A DNA stretch of 64,000 nt from an uncultured Acidimicrobiales bacterium (lineage in GTDB: Bacteria; Actinomycetota; Acidimicrobiia; Acidimicrobiales; SZUA-35): contig CAVVWM010000014.1 in NCBI GenBank assembly GCA_963751955.1, forward strand, positions 8,680 to 72,679, read 5' to 3'. The position numbers and the translations under genes were made by a program. Under the pieces are notes generated by a model. The model worked only from the letters and a program-made list of their open reading frames with translations, did no database searches and was not told the origin of the DNA. Within the stretch, counting starts at the first letter, position 1. Each line of letters starts with the position of its first letter. Shown here one piece after another: positions 55,325 to 64,000 of the stretch.

Positions 55325-56172
55325 GAGTCCTGGTCACCGGTGCCTCTGGTCAGGTTGGGCTCGAACTCGGTCGGACCCGATGGCGCGGAGACGTCGAGTT
55401 GAGGCTCGCAGATCGCGCTGAGTTGGACATCACCGACTTCGATCAGGTCACGGTCGCAGCTGAGTGGCGACCCGAGGTCATCGTGAACGCTGCGGCGTAT
55501 ACGGCCGTTGACCGAGCCGAGGAGGAACCTGACCGGGCAGAGGCGGTGAACTTCCAGGGTGTTGCCCACCTGGTCGCCATCGCAGAAGATCTCAACGCAA
55601 CGCTCATCCAACTTTCGACCGACTACGTGTTCGACGGCTTGAAAGACGGGTGGTATGTAGAAGACGACGAGCCATCACCGCAGGGTGTGTACGGCCATAC
55701 CAAGCTCGCTGGCGAGATGGCAGCGTTGAGCGCCCCCAAGTCGATCGTGCTTCGTACCTCGTGGGTGTACGGAGCTCTCCAGCCCAACTTCGTCATGACC
55801 ATACGACGCCTGGCGTGTGACCGCGAGGAGCTCGGGGTGGTTGCGGACCAGTTCGGCTGCCCAACCGCAGCGGCCGACATCGCCTCGGCGGTCTCGGCGA
55901 TCGTCGCAGCGGGGGCTGAACATCGTGGGATCTTTCACGTGGCTGCTCCCGACGATGCCTCGTGGTGGGATCTCGCCAGCAAGACGATCGCACTGATGCG
56001 CCCGAGCCGTTCCCCACGTCTGAACAGGCTGACTACCGATCAATATCCAACGCTGGCCACAAGGCCACCGAACAGCCGATTGAACTCGGCCAAACTGGCA
56101 AGCGCGTATGGCATTCGACTTCGACCCTGGCGCGAAGCCCTGGCCGATGTGTCCGACGAACTCAACGTCTGA
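55321..56172 (+). CDS. rmlD: dTDP-4-dehydrorhamnose reductase
   Basis: TTG 55321 overlaps the rmlC stop (TTGA). RVLVTGASGQVG, LSTDYVFDG, YGHTKLAGE (YxxxK). Confidence 0.85.
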   Translation: MRVLVTGASGQVGLELGRTRWRGDVELRLADRAELDITDFDQVTVAAEWRPEVIVNAAAYTAVDRAEEEPDRAEAVNFQGVAHLVAIAEDLNATLIQLSTDYVFDGLKDGWYVEDDEPSPQGVYGHTKLAGEMAALSAPKSIVLRTSWVYGALQPNFVMTIRRLACDREELGVVADQFGCPTAAADIASAVSAIVAAGAEHRGIFHVAAPDDASWWDLASKTIALMRPSRSPRLNRLTTDQYPTLATRPPNSRLNSAKLASAYGIRLRPWREALADVSDELNV

Positions 56173-56234
56173 GCCGACCGCTGGCCAGGCGATTTCGCAG
56201 GCGAATCAGAGGGCTGCGTCGTTTGCCTCAGTAC

Positions 56235-57537
56235 CTACAGACGTGTGACTGTGGGACCGCTCATGGTGTTTCGAGTGTCGAAGATCGCCTTGGCGTTTGC
56301 CTGAATCATCTCGAGATCGAAGTCGCGATGATTCGTCAGCATGATCACCAAGTCAGCCGAAGCAATGATTTCGGGAGTGAGGGTGACCTGTTGTGTCGAG
56401 ATCGGGAACTGGGATGGATCTACCCAGTCGTCGGCGCACTGCACCTCGGCTCCCATGTCGTTTAGCGCATTGGCTATGTGGATCACTGGAGTCTCCCGGC
56501 TGTCACCGCTGTTGGGTTTGTAGGCCAGCCCCAGGAGTAGAAGTTTGGAACCCTTGATCGAGCGCATTTGATCGTTGAGAATCCGGGCAATTCTCGAAAC
56601 AACGTGGTCGGGCATGTGCTCGTTGATGTCGTTGGCCAGATCGACGAACCGAAATGAGTGGCCAAGCGACTGCTTGACCTGCCAGCTGAGATAGCTGGGG
56701 TCGATCGGAAGGCAGTGACCTCCGACGCCAGGGCCGGGAGTGAACTTCATGAATCCAAACGGCTTGGTGTTGGCCGCATCGATTGCCGCCCAGATGTCGA
56801 TGTCCAATTCTGCAGCAAACATGGCGAGCTCGTTGATGAGAGCAATGTTCACATGGCGGAACGTGTTCTCGAGCAGCTTGGCGAGCTCGGCTTCCTTGGT
56901 AGAAGGAACCGGAACCGCTTCGGTGACGAGGTTGTTGTAGAACTCCTCAACGATTGCCAGCGCCTCAGGAGTTGTGCCTGAGACGACTTTGGGAGTGTTC
57001 TCGAAACGGTAGGTCAAGTTGCCGGGATCGATCCGTTCAGGGCTGTACCCAACATGGAAGTCGACGCCACACTTCAGCCCCGAGCCTCGTTCGAGGATTG
57101 GAACGAGGAGTTCTTCAGTGGTTCCGGGGTAGGTCGTCGATTCCAGCACGACAGTTGCGCCGGCTCTGAGAAAGCGAGCGAGGTCGGCACCGGATGCCTC
57201 GATGTAGCTCAGGTCTGGCGCGCCGTCGCGGAGGGGTGGGAACGGTGATCACCGCGATATCGAATCCGGCGACTGAGGACAGCTCGTCGGAAACAGCGAA
57301 GCGTCCGGTATCGAATGCGGCTGCGAGTTGGTCCGACGGGACGTCTTCTACGAAGGAGTCACCGTTGACGAGTCGCCCGATACGGTTCTTGTCGATGTCG
57401 TAACCGACGACTGTGTATCCCACCTCCACCGCACGCACTGCGAGCGGAAGTCCTACATAGCCCTGTCCAACGACGACAATCTTGGTTGCGGCAAGATCAG
57501 CATTCGCTTCGGTGTTCATGTTTTCCTCGAAGTTCAC
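56235..57537 (-). CDS. NDP-sugar dehydrogenase (UDP-glucose/GDP-mannose dehydrogenase family); frame break near 57230
   Basis: N-terminal KIVVVGQGYVGLPLA Rossmann motif. ORFs 57115..57537 and 56235..57149 join at ..AVITVPTP/RDGAPDLSYIEASGADLARFLRAGATVVLESTTYPGTTEE. Confidence 0.8.
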
Positions 57538-57680
57538 AATTTCTCCTAGTGGAAGGCCTCTTCGCTTTCGGTGCCAAGACGAAGGAAAGGGTCATTTCTA
57601 TCTTCGGCGGAAATGCTGCAGTCGAAAGTGGTCCGATTCCGCTTGTTCGCCGCTCAAGTATAGGAAGTTGCGAGCCGATC

Positions 57681-57723
57681 GAACTGCTGGATGAACTGGA
57701 TGAACTGGATGAACTGGATGAAA
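57681..57723. repeat. Short 9-bp tandem (gaactggat, about 4 copies) in a divergent intergenic region
   Basis: gaactgctggat gaactggat gaactggat gaactggat gaa, read directly. Confidence 0.85.
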
Positions 57724-57859
57724 GCCTTCGGCGACCCCTCTGGGCCGGCTGGCTCATGGGCTGAGAGCGATTGCCCAACGACGCAGGGCACTGCCGTCGC
57801 TGACAATGATCGGTACCGGTTACGTACTGGCGGAAGTTGAGAACCATGGCGGTAGCAGG

Positions 57860-59113
57860 ATGAAAATCGCGCTCGTCTCCCAATTCGTATATCCCCACGG
57901 TCATGAGATTCGTCTGAAGAAGATCAGCCAGACGCTCGTGAACGATGGCTACGACGTGGTCGTGCTCTGCAAATGGGAAGCAGGGCTGCCCGTCTTGGAG
58001 AGTCTTGACGGAATCGAAATCCATCGAAACGCGCCTGCTCGCTGGGCTCCCAAGCTGAACGCCGCGCTCACGCTGCATCTCGCCTACAACCCGGTCTGGT
58101 TCATCTGGCTGCTGCTGAAGTGCCGAGCTTTGGGCGTGGACACCCTGATCGTCCGCAACCTCCGACTGGGACTGCCTGCGATCCTTGCAGCCCGAGTTCT
58201 CGGGTTGTCGATGATTGCTGATCTGAGCGAAAACTACCCGGCGCTTGCCACGATCGAAGGCAAAGACCGACCTCAAGACGTCTTCACCCGAACCCGGGCC
58301 GTCGAAGCGTTCTTTGAGAAGTGGACGGCGCGCCTGGCCGATCATGTGTGGGTCGTAGTCGAAGAGAACAGAGATCGCCTCGTCAATGAGGTCGGCATAG
58401 CCCCCGACAAAGTCTCGGTTGTCAGCAACGTCCCGACGGCGGAATCAATGGACGATCTCTTTCGATTCCGAGCGGAGCGTGAGACGGCGCCTGACCAGCG
58501 GCTCACGTTGGTATTCCTCGGCATCGTCGACTCCCTCCGTGGGCTGGACGTGCTCATTCAGGCAGCTGCTGAAGCCAACCGACGTGGCGCCGCAAAACGA
58601 ATACGGCTCCTGGTGATCGGCGATGGTCCAGCCCGGCCGGATCTCGAGTCCCTGATGTACGACCTGGGCGATGACGCCGACGTCGAGTTCACAGGCTGGA
58701 TCGACTCCAAGGATAAGTACCGCTTCCTTGCCCAAGGAGACTTCGGCGTGATTCCCCACGTCAATTGCGAACTCTGCCAAACCACGATCCCCAACAAACT
58801 CTTCGACTATCTCGGAGCAGGAATTCCGGCGCTCGCAACCGATCTCGCTCCCATCCGGCGTGTCATCGAGGCCCACGACTGTGGCGTTGTCGTTTCGTGG
58901 AGTCGCGATGACATGGCGACCGATCTCATGCGGCTCTCGGAGCTTTCGCTGGATGAACTCCGCGAGATGGGTGAACGGGGCCGAGAGGCCGTTCTCTCCA
59001 CATACAACTGGGGCTACGAAGAGGCCGCAATTCGAACGACCCTCAAACGAATCGCCGACCGACGCGCCATTGCCTCGGATCCTGATGATCCTGATATGGA
59101 GCTACAACGATGA
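57860..59113 (+). CDS. GT4-family glycosyltransferase
   Basis: MKIALVSQFVYPHGHEIRLKK.. N-domain and a GT-B C-domain (LLVIGDGPARPDLE..TTIPNKLFDYLGAGIPALAT). Confidence 0.75.
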   Translation: MKIALVSQFVYPHGHEIRLKKISQTLVNDGYDVVVLCKWEAGLPVLESLDGIEIHRNAPARWAPKLNAALTLHLAYNPVWFIWLLLKCRALGVDTLIVRNLRLGLPAILAARVLGLSMIADLSENYPALATIEGKDRPQDVFTRTRAVEAFFEKWTARLADHVWVVVEENRDRLVNEVGIAPDKVSVVSNVPTAESMDDLFRFRAERETAPDQRLTLVFLGIVDSLRGLDVLIQAAAEANRRGAAKRIRLLVIGDGPARPDLESLMYDLGDDADVEFTGWIDSKDKYRFLAQGDFGVIPHVNCELCQTTIPNKLFDYLGAGIPALATDLAPIRRVIEAHDCGVVVSWSRDDMATDLMRLSELSLDELREMGERGREAVLSTYNWGYEEAAIRTTLKRIADRRAIASDPDDPDMELQR

Positions 59114-60297
59114 TCGAAGTTCGGGACTCCCAAGACGATCGTAAAAGGGTTCTCGTCGTGATGGGCACACGACCCGAAGCGATCAAGATGGCACCTGTCA
59201 TCGATCGGATCGAACGACACAGGGATCAGCTGCGTCTCGAGGTCTGCGTGTCAGCACAACACCGCGAAATGCTCGACCAGGTTCTGGACATCTTCAAAAT
59301 CGTTCCAACCTATGACCTGGACCTCATGAAGCCCGGTCAGAACCTCTTCGACCTAACGGCGAAGTTGATCGTCGAGTTTCGAAACGTGCTCGAGGCATCC
59401 CGGCCTGACTACGTGCTCGTTCACGGCGACACCACAACGACGATGGCGGCGAGCATTGCCAGCTTCTACCACGGCGCCACGGTTTGTCACGTAGAGGCTG
59501 GACTGCGGACCCACGACAAACGTGCTCCGTTTCCCGAAGAGGTCAATCGGTTGATCACTGACTGCATTGCCGATCACTATTTCGCCCCGACCGAGAGTGC
59601 CAGACAAAACTTGCTTGCAGAGAACATTCCTGATGACCGGATCGTCGTGACCGGTAACACCGGCGTCGATGCGCTTCTCGACGTAGCTGAATTCGTCGAG
59701 ACCTCATCCGACCCGATGATCTCCGAGCTGAGAAGGCTGATAGATCCCCGAAAGGAGCTGGTTCTCGTCACGGCCCACCGCCGGGAGAACCACGGGGCGA
59801 ACTTCCTACAGATCTGCGATGCCATCACAGAGATCGCCGAGCGGCCCAACACCCAGGTCGTCTACCCCGTGCATCCCAATCCCAATGTGCAGGGCCCAGC
59901 GCGAGAGCGGCTCGGGCACCTCCCAAACGTGCTGCTCATTGACCCGCTGTCATATGTTCCCTTTGTCTGGCTCATGAAACGAGCCGAACTGATCCTCACA
60001 GATAGCGGCGGCATTCAAGAAGAAGCACCGAGCCTCGGCACACCCGTGCTGGTTCTGAGGGAAACGACCGAGCGCCCCGAGGCGGTTGAGGCAGGTACGG
60101 CGTTTCTGGTAGGAACCGACACGGAGAGAATCGTTTCAACCGTGGCCCATCTCCTGGAGGACGCCGATGCGTACAACGCAGTTGTGGCCCGAGAGAACCC
60201 CTACGGCGATGGGCGGGCCTCGATGAGGATTGTCGACTACTTGATTGGCTCTTCGATGATCGAAGACGCCCAACTCGCCACCAGTGGGCAGGAGTAA
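59110..60297 (+). CDS. wecB: UDP-N-acetylglucosamine 2-epimerase (non-hydrolysing)
   Basis: VMGTRPEAIKMAPV..HVEAGLRT..PFPEEVNR..VTGNTGVDAL. ATGA overlap with the preceding GT4. Confidence 0.88.
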   Translation: MIEVRDSQDDRKRVLVVMGTRPEAIKMAPVIDRIERHRDQLRLEVCVSAQHREMLDQVLDIFKIVPTYDLDLMKPGQNLFDLTAKLIVEFRNVLEASRPDYVLVHGDTTTTMAASIASFYHGATVCHVEAGLRTHDKRAPFPEEVNRLITDCIADHYFAPTESARQNLLAENIPDDRIVVTGNTGVDALLDVAEFVETSSDPMISELRRLIDPRKELVLVTAHRRENHGANFLQICDAITEIAERPNTQVVYPVHPNPNVQGPARERLGHLPNVLLIDPLSYVPFVWLMKRAELILTDSGGIQEEAPSLGTPVLVLRETTERPEAVEAGTAFLVGTDTERIVSTVAHLLEDADAYNAVVARENPYGDGRASMRIVDYLIGSSMIEDAQLATSGQE

Positions 60298-60302
60298 CGC
60301 CA

Positions 60303-61394
60303 ATGGCTAGCAATCAGTGCACCGAGATCGACGCTCGGCTCGAAGAGCTTCAGGACTGGTTTCTGACCTCACCGATCTATGTTGGTAGCGGCGCCTATGC
60401 GCAGTTCTACAGAGGCCAAGAACAGGGCCCGGTCTATCCCGAAATCACGGCCTATGCGATCACCGTTGGCGCCCGGCTCTTCGAAGCAACCGGCCGAATC
60501 GACTTCCTCGAACGGGCCCGGGCTGCAGCTGAGTACATGATCGAGATCGGTAGCCCGGCCGTGCCAGGAATCGACGGGGAAACAAAATACACCTTTGACA
60601 CGGGCATCATGATCGACGGCTTGCTCACCTTGGCTTCCATCGACCCCGAACAGGCCGCACGCTGGACTCACTACGCCGTGATCGGGCTGGAATGGCTCCA
60701 TGCGGCCTACTCAGGAGGCAGCTACCCGCCGGCGGTTCCGTTGCCACCCACAGAAGAGGTCGGACCCTATGACTGGCATCTGGCCCAGGGTGTCCACCTG
60801 GGCAAGAACGCAATCCCGTTCATCAAGGGCGGTCTCGCCACCGGCAACGAGGCGTATGTGCAGATGGGTCGAGAACTTCTCGATTGGAGCCTCACGCTCC
60901 AGCTTCCGGAAGGACGGTTCAGAATCCACGCCGACAGCCGGAAAACTCGTCTTCATCCCCACTGCTACATCCTCGAAGGCCTCCTCTATGCCGGCGTCGC
61001 GCTCGAGGATCAGAAGTACACCGACGCGGCGCGTCGAGGCGCAGAGTGGCTGGCCACTGTGCAGCATCCCGATGGATCGTTCCCACAGTGGTTCCCATCG
61101 ACCGACGGGCCCCTACCCAGGCGAGTGTTCGACCGGCTGACAAATCTTCGCGTTTGCGACGTTCCGGCCCAGTCGATCAGAGCATGGAAGGTCTTGGCGA
61201 TGGCCGAGGAACATATCACCAAAGCTGAGGCGTTTCTCGAAGAAATGAGGAACGAAGGCCTGCCGCTCCGGTCTCATCAGGTCGTCGGTCGAGAGCTCGG
61301 CACACCGGCGATCTTCTCCTGGCCGACCTTCTTCTATCTTCACGCGTGCATGCTTCGCAGCGGAGAACCAGACCGAGGAATCGAACTTTTCTGA
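60303..61394 (+). CDS. Hypothetical protein, possibly alpha/alpha-toroid (squalene-cyclase/prenyltransferase-like repeats)
   Basis: 363 aa. QW-like segment WLATVQHPDGSFPQW and repeated helical pattern. The family assignment is weak. Confidence 0.45.
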   Translation: MASNQCTEIDARLEELQDWFLTSPIYVGSGAYAQFYRGQEQGPVYPEITAYAITVGARLFEATGRIDFLERARAAAEYMIEIGSPAVPGIDGETKYTFDTGIMIDGLLTLASIDPEQAARWTHYAVIGLEWLHAAYSGGSYPPAVPLPPTEEVGPYDWHLAQGVHLGKNAIPFIKGGLATGNEAYVQMGRELLDWSLTLQLPEGRFRIHADSRKTRLHPHCYILEGLLYAGVALEDQKYTDAARRGAEWLATVQHPDGSFPQWFPSTDGPLPRRVFDRLTNLRVCDVPAQSIRAWKVLAMAEEHITKAEAFLEEMRNEGLPLRSHQVVGRELGTPAIFSWPTFFYLHACMLRSGEPDRGIELF

Positions 61395-61413
61395 TCCGGG
61401 GATCGATCAGGGC

Positions 61414-62805
61414 TCACCCGCCAAGAGCAGCGGGAATATACGGATGGTCTGCGATGAACTCTTCCCCGTCGGTGATCCATCGGATCACTTCGGAACGGCT
61501 CAGGGTTTTGTCGTCCAGCAGCCTCAACCAGTACTCGTACCCGGCTCGGTCATACTCCCGGCCGAGAAGATTTCGGTAGATTCGGTCGATGTAGGCGGCG
61601 TTGGATATGTCTTGATATTCGTCTCTGAATTCATCCGAATCCGACATGAATGCGGCGATCTCGTCGAGTGAGAATCCCTGACGTCGGACACCGAGCCAGT
61701 ACTTGGCCCCTGCGAGGTCGGGAACACGATCGAAGTAGCCGACATAGAACCGGAGGATCGGGGCATCGAGGCTGGGGACGAAGTCGATCGCTTCGACCAG
61801 TGCTCCAAGCGTCGGAGCGTCGGCGTAGCTTTTCACGCTCCGGTCTGGGTTGGTGATCTCAAACGGTTCGGTGTAGAACTCATAGCCGCCATCGGGTGAC
61901 AGTTCGGTGAGGACGGTCACGGCAAATCGATAGTTGGGGCCGGGCGGAATGGGGTGGAGTAGCTGATTCGGGACTTCGCAGGTCCTGGTGTCGGCTGAGC
62001 TGACGCAGGCGATCTCGTCGTAGCTCCACCGGGTTGCGCCAGAGATCCCGGCCAACCGATCGGGATGTTCCATCCGTAGGCGGGTCAGATAGCCGGTCAC
62101 TTTCGAACCTCCGTCGGAAATCGGCGGTTGCCAGGAAAGCCCGAAGAAGCTCTGAGCCTTGGTGACCGAAACCGACCGAGGGACTGTGGGTGGCGCCGGG
62201 TTCACTTCGTAGGCGAGCTCGGCCGACTCGGTGAATGGCTCACCGTTCTCCACGAAACTGCCAGAGGTGGTGACCTGGTTGGTTGAAGGCCCGACCGGCT
62301 GATCGAAACGCAGGGACATGCGCACCACGACGGACTCGCCCGCCCCCACCCGGTCGAAGGATCGTTCCGATGTCCACTCTGCAACCGGACCAACGCCCGG
62401 ATTGATGGTGGAGAAGTCGAGCTGGACCTCAGACAGATCCCGGCCGGAGGTGTTCGTGAACTCAAGAGCAATGTCGCAGCTGTCGCCCGAAGCCACAACC
62501 CGTCCCTCGTCCTGTTCTCGGAGGAAACAACCCACGAACGGACCGAACTGGAACGGGCTTCGATCATCGACGTTTATGGTTCCGGTCGGGGCCCGGCTTT
62601 GGGCGTACCGAACACCGGTTCGACCGACAAAGGTTGCCTCCAACCTGTAGCTGTCGTTGTCGAGATCGTAGATATTTCCGGTTGCACCGAACTGCGGCGA
62701 TGCTGCCAACGGCACCGCAGCAAACAACGTGAGGGCGGCAACGGTTACCCACGCCACTGGCCATCTGTTAGGAGCCGAACTGCCTAGGATGTTTCGCCGG
62801 TTCAC
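61414..62805 (-). CDS. Secreted FN3-containing protein with C-terminal DUF4214 module
   Basis: Signal-like WPVAWVTVAALTLFAAVPLAA. FN3 signature LSWQPPISDGGSKVTGY. C-terminal ILRFYVGYFDRVPDLAGAKYW..AGYEYWLRLL. Confidence 0.75.
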   Translation of the reverse strand: MNRRNILGSSAPNRWPVAWVTVAALTLFAAVPLAASPQFGATGNIYDLDNDSYRLEATFVGRTGVRYAQSRAPTGTINVDDRSPFQFGPFVGCFLREQDEGRVVASGDSCDIALEFTNTSGRDLSEVQLDFSTINPGVGPVAEWTSERSFDRVGAGESVVVRMSLRFDQPVGPSTNQVTTSGSFVENGEPFTESAELAYEVNPAPPTVPRSVSVTKAQSFFGLSWQPPISDGGSKVTGYLTRLRMEHPDRLAGISGATRWSYDEIACVSSADTRTCEVPNQLLHPIPPGPNYRFAVTVLTELSPDGGYEFYTEPFEITNPDRSVKSYADAPTLGALVEAIDFVPSLDAPILRFYVGYFDRVPDLAGAKYWLGVRRQGFSLDEIAAFMSDSDEFRDEYQDISNAAYIDRIYRNLLGREYDRAGYEYWLRLLDDKTLSRSEVIRWITDGEEFIADHPYIPAALGG

Positions 62806-63075
62806 GTGCTTCCTCCGTCCGGTTTCCCCACGGGCAACCCTAGTCGGAGGCGTAGATCTTCTCGCCGGATTGGTCCTCAGGTCCTAAGGCACAACCCCCG
62901 AATGCTAAACCGACCCATCTGGCCAATTGATCCGCTAGATCGTCAGTGAGCACCGAACCGCTTGGGAAGCAGATGCTGCGTGCGAAGAGATCCTTTACAG
63001 ACCTCGAGGTCCCCGTCGGTCAGGACCGAACCGCTCGGCAAGCAGATCCCTGGGCGTAGCCGACCGCTAGAATCG

Positions 63076-64000
63076 CTAACGTGCCGTGGATCGCGACACG
63101 ATGCCGGCGAGGTGTTCGAGGGATCGGTACGAGTGGCCGGACAGGAACAGATCGGTGTGGGGAAGAGCGGCCGCCATCCCTGCCGCTACCGGTGCGTACC
63201 CTTCCGACGCCTTCAGCGGGTTCACCCAAATCAGCTGGTGGGTGACCCGATGAAGCCGTTCCATTTGTTCTCCGAGCACTTCGGCGTCGCCGCGGTCCCA
63301 GCCGTCCGATACGACCACGACTACGGCACCTCGGGCCATACCCCGTATCGCCCACAGATCGTTGAACTCAGCGAACGTGTCGCCCAGCCTGGTTCCTCCG
63401 CTCCAGTCCTTGACTTCGGGTGTCGCAGCTTGCAGTGCAACGTCGGGGTCGCGATTGCTGAGGAAACGGGTGAGTCGGGTGAGCCGGGTCCCGATCGAAA
63501 AAGCCTCGACCCGACCGCGAGCGATCAGCGCAGCATGGCTGAACCGGAGAAAGGCGCGGGCGTAGGGTTCCATCGAACCGGACACATCGAGGATCATCAC
63601 GAGCCGTCGGGGTTTCACCGAATTCCTTGTGAACTTGCGGTGAACCGGTTCGCCCTGGTGCTTCAGAGCGGATCGGATCGTGCGACGCAGGTCTGGCGCG
63701 GTGCCGTTCCGCTTGGTCGGGACTTGGCGCCGACTGCGTTGGGCATGGGACGTGAAGCGCATCTGAAGCATCATCTGCTGGAGTTCCCGTAGCTCGGCCT
63801 CAGAGCACTCGGCGAAGTCCTTGTCCATCAGAATCTCGGCCCGGCTGAAACGAACCGACTGGAGGTCGTCGTCGCTCTCCTCCCGATCTTGTTCGGCCCC
63901 ATCGTCACCTTCGTCGTCGGTATCGAGTGCCAGCGTGGCCGAAGGAGGCTCACCCTCGACGTTCATCCACTCGCCGTACTTCTGTTCCCAGAAGGCCGCA
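63076..64000 (-). CDS. VWA-domain CoxE-like protein (5' end beyond window)
   Basis: MIDAS-like LVMILDVSGSM, VVVVSDGWDRGD, LIWVNPL. The frame stays open upstream of ATG 63966 to the window edge (AAFWEQKYGEW). Confidence 0.8.
   Translation of the reverse strand, partial: AAFWEQKYGEWMNVEGEPPSATLALDTDDEGDDGAEQDREESDDDLQSVRFSRAEILMDKDFAECSEAELRELQQMMLQMRFTSHAQRSRRQVPTKRNGTAPDLRRTIRSALKHQGEPVHRKFTRNSVKPRRLVMILDVSGSMEPYARAFLRFSHAALIARGRVEAFSIGTRLTRLTRFLSNRDPDVALQAATPEVKDWSGGTRLGDTFAEFNDLWAIRGMARGAVVVVVSDGWDRGDAEVLGEQMERLHRVTHQLIWVNPLKASEGYAPVAAGMAAALPHTDLFLSGHSYRSLEHLAGIVSRSTAR

Noticed and set aside
62962-63792. 276-aa plus-strand ORF
   Set aside because: It is antisense to the well-supported CoxE-like VWA gene and has nonsense-like composition.

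Overview
This is a high-GC chromosomal window that looks actinobacterial, based on a mycothiol-type mscR/MBL pair and an acid-extended NusG. The phylum call is an inference.

Core genes: tRNA-Thr, tRNA-Met and tuf, then tRNA-Trp, secE, nusG, rplK, rplA, rplJ, rplL, a DMT transporter, rpoB and rpoC. These are followed by an aminotransferase, a form-II CODH-like coxS-L-M set and a MoxR/CoxD-like ATPase. A CoxE-like VWA gene sits at the right edge.

Accessory content:
(i) Two tandem paralogs of a secreted LTD/CotH/LTD/DUF4214 protein lie at the left edge. One carries a 46-unit 9-bp (Pro-Val-Asp) microsatellite.
(ii) A block of about 19.5 kb sits between tuf and tRNA-Trp/secE. It encodes a Wzx/Wzy-type glycan pathway plus an ECF sigma/anti-sigma pair. 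The pathway includes a WbaP-like primer, a PCP with a degenerate kinase domain, several GT4s, a GT4-deacetylase fusion, a clan GH-A hydrolase, a CelD-like acyltransferase, a JmjC oxygenase, an O-antigen-ligase-like protein, a flippase and an NTase-2H fusion.
(iii) A second sugar cluster (rmlC, rmlD, NDP-sugar dehydrogenase, GT4, wecB) is flanked by two more DUF4214 surface proteins.

Three tandem arrays stand out: 9 bp x46 inside a gene, 19 bp x26.5 upstream of the ECF sigma gene, and about 106 bp x3.8 between rplL and the DMT gene.

At least 15 single-base frame breaks are visible, two of them in essential rpoC. Most apparent pseudogenes are therefore probably assembly indels.

No rRNA, CRISPR, transposase or integrase was recognised.
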